Of a stretch of DNA of 48,420 bases, positions 43,482-48,420 are shown piece by piece. The notes beneath the pieces are model-generated. The model ran no database searches and was not told the origin of the DNA. It was given only the letters and a program-made list of their open reading frames with translations. Source of the stretch: Stramenopiles sp. TOSAG23-3 (Eukaryota). Position numbers and translations under genes: made by a program. The stretch's first letter is position 1, and each line of letters starts with the position of its first letter. The stretch lies in assembly GCA_900128585.1 (NCBI GenBank), contig LT642165.1, forward strand, positions 1-48,420, read 5' to 3'.

Positions 43482-44663
43482 ATGTATATGTTGAACCCCG
43501 TTTTCGTCTGGACCTTGCTGGCGCTGCTGGCAGCAGCTTCTGCGTTGGCTGGTGACAAATGCTTCAATCTTCACAAAACACGGACTCCCTGCGATGAGGA
43601 TAAAACAACTGATGGTGGCTGTGTGTGGTGTGATATAGTTGACCGGCCGCCGTTCTGCACGGATATGTCTAATGCTAAACAATGGCCGCAGCCGCCAGCG
43701 ATGCCACCGTGGCGCTGCGATTTTCCCCAAGAAAGCGGATACCCAATACGCAGACTAAATAATGGAGTTGATATGCCCGTGATTGCGCTCGGGACCGGGG
43801 GCTACAACAACAGTGAAGCCGTCGATGCAGTCATCAAAGCCCTTCAGAATGGTCTTAATCACGTACATAGCGCTTTTGATTACTTCAATTTGCCGGGGGT
43901 TGCAAAGGGTCTTGCAACGAAGCCGAGGGAAAGTATTTTTTTGACAACTATGACCTCTCCGTGCGTCCACTTGGCCTCTGCACCGAAGCGAAACGTCACC
44001 GACCCGGACGAATGTTACAAGCTGACAACGAGAGAGCTGGAAGAATCATTAGAATTGCTGCAGGTGGAATATGTAGATTTGTTAATGCTGCATGGGCCTA
44101 GCGAACCATTTGGCTATGAAGGCGGTTGCGACGGTGCTGTGTGCGAGTTGAACAAAATGCAATGGAAGGCATACGCAGAATTTTACAGAAATGGAAAGGC
44201 TCGTGCTATTGGTGTCAGCAACTATTGTCAGTCGTGCTTGAAGTGCCTGCTAGACAGCACTTTCGAGGACAGGAAGCCGGTCATCGTCCCAGCTGTGAAC
44301 CAAATTCAGCTCCACGTTGGTATGGGCCACGACCCTGAAGGCCTGTTTTCTTTTTGCAGTCGTATGGGAATCACGAGCCAGGCTTACTCGCCACTGGCCG
44401 CTGGAGAAGTGGTGTCTGATCCCTTGTGCACTTCTCTCGGCACGAAGTACAACAAAAGCGCTGCCCAAGTTGGGTTGCGATGGATAATTCAGCAAGACTT
44501 TTCTCCAGCGTTGGTGGTCAAGTCCGACAAAATAAAGGATTTAGAATCAGATCTAGACATATTTTCATGGAGCTTAAGCGAGGACGACATGACAGATTTA
44601 AGCAAGGCCACAACCCCTACAGGTCAGCAGGACGGGCGCCCATCATGGGGTTGTGCAGAATGA
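43482..44663 (+). CDS. Signal-peptide-bearing aldo-keto reductase family protein with a Cys-rich N-terminal module
   Basis: LNNGVDMPVIALGT, YVDLLMLHGP, GKARAIGVSNY, PAVNQIQLH, AYSPL, AAQVGLRW; hydrophobic signal VFVWTLLALLAAASALA. Confidence 0.92.
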   Translation: MYMLNPVFVWTLLALLAAASALAGDKCFNLHKTRTPCDEDKTTDGGCVWCDIVDRPPFCTDMSNAKQWPQPPAMPPWRCDFPQESGYPIRRLNNGVDMPVIALGTGGYNNSEAVDAVIKALQNGLNHVHSAFDYFNLPGVAKGLATKPRESIFLTTMTSPCVHLASAPKRNVTDPDECYKLTTRELEESLELLQVEYVDLLMLHGPSEPFGYEGGCDGAVCELNKMQWKAYAEFYRNGKARAIGVSNYCQSCLKCLLDSTFEDRKPVIVPAVNQIQLHVGMGHDPEGLFSFCSRMGITSQAYSPLAAGEVVSDPLCTSLGTKYNKSAAQVGLRWIIQQDFSPALVVKSDKIKDLESDLDIFSWSLSEDDMTDLSKATTPTGQQDGRPSWGCAE

Positions 44664-44694
44664 TTGAAATCAATGTTTCGTGCCACACTAAATT

Positions 44695-44736
44695 AAAAAC
44701 AAGAAAATTGGCTGTTATTTTAAGTAATTAAATTTA
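44695..44736 (+). repeat. Dispersed repeat family A, consensus copy
   Basis: AAAAACAAGAAAATTGGCTGTTATTTTAAGTAATTAAATTT ~33 nt after the AKR stop. Confidence 0.9.
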
Positions 44737-44905
44737 AAACCATTGAGTGTTTTACAATCAACTGGAGGCATAATTAAATAAGTCTTTATTTTTTTAGATA
44801 AACTGGATTACTCTTTTTCTTCGTCATAAAAGTCTTTAAACAAAAAGGTTTTTTGGTTGTTGGAGAATAACAACTGCGCGAAGTAAGAACTCTTAATAAT
44901 TGTTT

Positions 44906-46549
44906 TTACCCCTGCAGCCAATCTCGATAACCACCATGCCATCGCCTGCAATGGCGATATATTTCTTCGGAGGACTTTCCCTTCTTTTTACACCTCCAGC
45001 AAAAGTGGCCTTGGCAGTAGCCGCATTTCATATGAAGACATCCTCCTGACTTTATAATTTTTGCTTTGCACCAAGGGCATTTCTTCGTGGCCCATGGGAC
45101 CTTTTTACATTTACTTAAGTTTTGCTTTCCCTTTTTTCTTTCTTGTTTCGCGAGTTTGTTCTGTTTTTTTCTGTCTTGTTTCTCAAGTTTGCTCTGCTCT
45201 TTTCTTTCTTTTTTCCTGCGTTTTTTTCCCTCTTGCTTATCTTTATACTCCTCGACCCGGTCGCAATCGATTACTTTAGGATGCCACGGTTCTTTGCAGC
45301 GCCGACAGAGCAAGTATTTCCGACTTTTGCAATACTTGCATGCCCAGGGAAGGTATTTTGTGATCATACGTTCGCATCCAACGTCTTGGGCAAGCAACTC
45401 CCCATCTTCGTCCTTCCCACAACAGTAGGGATTTTGACAATATATTTGTCGGTGCACCGGAATGGTGGATTTGGCCATAAAACGGTGGCAGCGCCGGATT
45501 TCATCCTCACTGAATGGAATTTCGTCCGTTCTCTTGTCTGGCAATAGATCTTTTGCTAAGTCTACTAGTAAATTAAAGCCACTGGCAACCATTGTTTCAT
45601 TACAGCCGTGCATCGGGCATTTTATCCCGCCGGCCCGAAATAGGCTTCCGTCCTTTAGTGCTGCTCGAAAGTTCGCTACCATGCACCCAATGCATACAAA
45701 ATGGTCGCAGTGTTCGGTGTCTTTGACTACGTAAGTGCTCTCCCAATCTTCGTAGCACAAGTCACACCTCATCATTGTGACGTGATCAATGGGTTTCTCT
45801 GTGCGGTCCAACAGTAGCCATTTGAGAAATTCAACCCCAAGCCCCACCGTGCCTTTCATATCATTATGCTTGTCCAAGAACGCACGAACTTGTATCGATG
45901 ATATGCCAGGTTTCGCGGGTTCCAGCATTTCTGCGAAGTAAGTTGAATCCGACTTTCTTAAGGGGGTTTCCACTTGCAATTCTCGAACCCCCAGTGTTTC
46001 TAACTTCTTCTTGCAACATCGAAGGTCCTTCCGGTACGCAGTCGAGCCGCTGCGGGAAACATCGGCCTTCACCGTTTTTGGCGAAGTGGAGATGCTGCTA
46101 CATACATCCGATTTCACCATTTGGAACGTAATTTCATTGTCGATGAGGTCGGAAGATTTGTGACATACCGGGCACGTGCCGTTGTTGCGCTTGCGGTATC
46201 CCTGCGAACACCCTGAGCACAAGAACCTATGGTTGCACGGTTTATTAACTGCTGTAGCGAGGTGCTCGTGGCACGAAGCGCACTTGGTGATTCTGGTGAG
46301 CAGTTCATGTTGGTCTTCCTGCTTCTGCGATGCAGCAAAATTGAATGTGCTTTCGACAATTTCAGGCGTACCTACCAATTGGCCCAATCTATTTAACGAT
46401 CTGCGCACGTCCGATTGTTTAACATTGGGATGTACGGCTTTTAGGGCTTTTGTGTACGTGAACGACGAGCTATTGCACGTCCCCGATAGCACAGTGGGCG
46501 ACAGTGGCCGAACAGGTTGGCCCGCGCATGTTCCTATAGAAGCTCCCAT
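44906..46549 (-). CDS. RBR (RING1-IBR-RING2) E3 ubiquitin ligase with an extra N-terminal RING
   Basis: CASC...PCNHRFLCSGC...CPVC; CDLC...CDHFVCIGC...CPMHGC; IBR C..P.C...C..C...C..C..PWH; RING2 KKCPWC...GGCLHMKC..C...FCW.C. Confidence 0.92.
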   Translation of the reverse strand: MGASIGTCAGQPVRPLSPTVLSGTCNSSSFTYTKALKAVHPNVKQSDVRRSLNRLGQLVGTPEIVESTFNFAASQKQEDQHELLTRITKCASCHEHLATAVNKPCNHRFLCSGCSQGYRKRNNGTCPVCHKSSDLIDNEITFQMVKSDVCSSISTSPKTVKADVSRSGSTAYRKDLRCCKKKLETLGVRELQVETPLRKSDSTYFAEMLEPAKPGISSIQVRAFLDKHNDMKGTVGLGVEFLKWLLLDRTEKPIDHVTMMRCDLCYEDWESTYVVKDTEHCDHFVCIGCMVANFRAALKDGSLFRAGGIKCPMHGCNETMVASGFNLLVDLAKDLLPDKRTDEIPFSEDEIRRCHRFMAKSTIPVHRQIYCQNPYCCGKDEDGELLAQDVGCERMITKYLPWACKYCKSRKYLLCRRCKEPWHPKVIDCDRVEEYKDKQEGKKRRKKERKEQSKLEKQDRKKQNKLAKQERKKGKQNLSKCKKVPWATKKCPWCKAKIIKSGGCLHMKCGYCQGHFCWRCKKKGKSSEEIYRHCRRWHGGYRDWLQG

Positions 46550-47825
46550 GGTTTGCTGTTAAGGTTTGAATTGACTGTTTTTGCTTGAATATTAATGTTT
46601 TTTCGTTTGTCTCATGTGAACTTGGTGTCAAATGGTTTATGTGCTAAAGTTAGCAAAAATTAAGTTTGTCTGACCATGAGTATCAATTGTTCTGACTAGT
46701 ACATATTTATCGTGGGGGTGGAGGGTGGAGGGGGTAATGATAGTCGTCTAAAATATTATAATGTGAGGATATATATAATATGGTACAGTATCATAGTGTA
46801 CGGCGGTCCGGTACATCTTCTTTTTTGTGCGTGTGAAGTTGGTTCTTTTGATGCTCTGTCCTGTTGTATTGGCGAGTGGCATTGATGAAAGTATGTGATG
46901 TCGTCTATTTTAAATTAGCTAGTAGTATCTATTTTCTTGATAAATAGAAACTACTACTACACAGCATCGGATTATTATTTTTTAGGTACCGAGTAGTGTC
47001 TATATCGTAGATAGTATCTATTTTTTCAGGAGCCGTTTATTTCGGAGGTGCGGTTCTTCTTCTTTGCAAACAAATTTTGAAACAATTATAATTATTTAAT
47101 ATTATACACCCAATAGAAAGAATCACGCAATTTAATTAATTTTTTATTTATTAAATATACGTACTGTAGATAAATTGTCGGAATACGTGAATATTAACGT
47201 ACCTGCCCAAACTCGGGCTTTATTCACGCCAGTATTCCAAAGACAATCGTAGAGGATATTGCAAAGCCGTGCGACCAATCTCCTTAATCTAGAGGATGAA
47301 AGAAGACCTAAAAGGCTCGCGAAATTTACTGTGCCTCCAAGAACTGGAACAATAAATATAGCGTCGCGAAAGGCATTCTTTGGGTTTCCTCACCCCAAGC
47401 AACTACATGGAACACCAGTAGTGCCCGCTACTTTATTGCACAAAATAAGTAGCTAACATGAACACAACGTAGAAACAACAATTGTCAGCCATTCAGAGAG
47501 AGAAAACGAAAAATCAAATTAAAAAATCGAGATAGGATTAGGGTTGGATTTGAAGTAGTATTTGATTTAAAATGAGCGTCTTAAAACATACTATATATTT
47601 TATTTTTTTTTATTATTTTTAGAGAAGAGTTATCTTCTTCCTCCTACTTTTCTGCATCTCACGAAAAATATGGCCCGTCCAAGGCCAATACTACTTTGGG
47701 GTCTAGCTTATTGTACAAGTACTTAATGAAAACGTCTACTCATTTGTTAATTATTTTCCCCATCTTTAAATAGAACTATCTAATATTTTTTTTACGATCT
47801 ACAATACCAAAATTCACTGTAAGGA

Positions 47826-48420
47826 ATGACTGTGAAAGATGCAATTTGGCTTTTTTCCATGCTACTAATCGTTATGGCTGCCAAGTTTATGAAGAGCCCC
47901 ACAGTAAACTTTAAACAGTCCACTGATTCAACGGAAACACCCCCTGCCGATAGTAATGGTTTGGACTGGCGTGTGTCGAAAGGTCTTGGGTCGCGAGGGT
48001 ATAGTTCCATCAGAGTCTCTGTGATAAGTTCCGGTGGTGAAGCATGGGCCAAAAACTTTGATTATTCGCGCCCCTTCAAGTATAAGTGGAGTCACCTGCA
48101 CCTGCATTCCACATTACTAACAGATGTAAAGGATAAAATGTCGTTTTCAGCCGGGGGCGAAAAAATACACATACACGTACCGCAACGTGGAAAGGGGGTA
48201 AAAATGATCCTATTCGGTGACCCATGTTTAATGGGAGCTCTCACACCACCGAAGGAGGCATGCGTTCACCCTGAAGGTGAAACGGAAACCCGGTTTCCAC
48301 CGTTACTAAATGCCGCAGCCACAAGTATTGACGCTTGGGGGATTCTGGGCGATAACTTTTATGATACCAATGGAAAGATTTCTGAGGGCATCTTTAAAAA
48401 GTTTAGTAAATCTTTGAAAT
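47826..48420 (+). CDS. Secreted calcineurin-like metallophosphoesterase, 3'-truncated by the window end (absent from the ORF track)
   Basis: Manual translation: MTVKDAIWLFSMLLIVMAA signal, frame open to the end, ILFGDPC (motif I) and ILGDNFYD (motif II). Confidence 0.8.
   Translation, partial: MTVKDAIWLFSMLLIVMAAKFMKSPTVNFKQSTDSTETPPADSNGLDWRVSKGLGSRGYSSIRVSVISSGGEAWAKNFDYSRPFKYKWSHLHLHSTLLTDVKDKMSFSAGGEKIHIHVPQRGKGVKMILFGDPCLMGALTPPKEACVHPEGETETRFPPLLNAAATSIDAWGILGDNFYDTNGKISEGIFKKFSKSLK

Overview
Gene-dense, apparently intron-free eukaryotic (protist; stramenopile-like by inference) genomic DNA in the standard code. About 18 GC-richer coding units are separated by very AT-rich spacers, and there are two assembly gaps. 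Recognisable genes: Sec14/CRAL-TRIO, msrA, ceramide synthase, UBL-BAG-like, GINT1-N-like propeller, a 2421-aa CHD remodeler, DPM1, GNAT, HECT E3, Josephin DUB, AlkB-like dioxygenase, secreted aldo-keto reductase, RBR E3 and a truncated metallophosphoesterase. There is also a decayed Cys-rich repeat pseudogene. The most striking oddity is a 3.8-kb coding block (27577-31411) made of three abutting ORFs (-,+,-). It reads like one secreted-protein gene whose middle 2.2 kb is inverted. Other notable items: a ~37-65 bp repeat that sits in gene 3' flanks, a TAGTCGTCT motif upstream of genes, a perfect 22-bp TA-bounded inverted repeat, and several probable pseudo-enzymes or unusual domain architectures. 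Domain calls are from motif recognition only; no database search was run.
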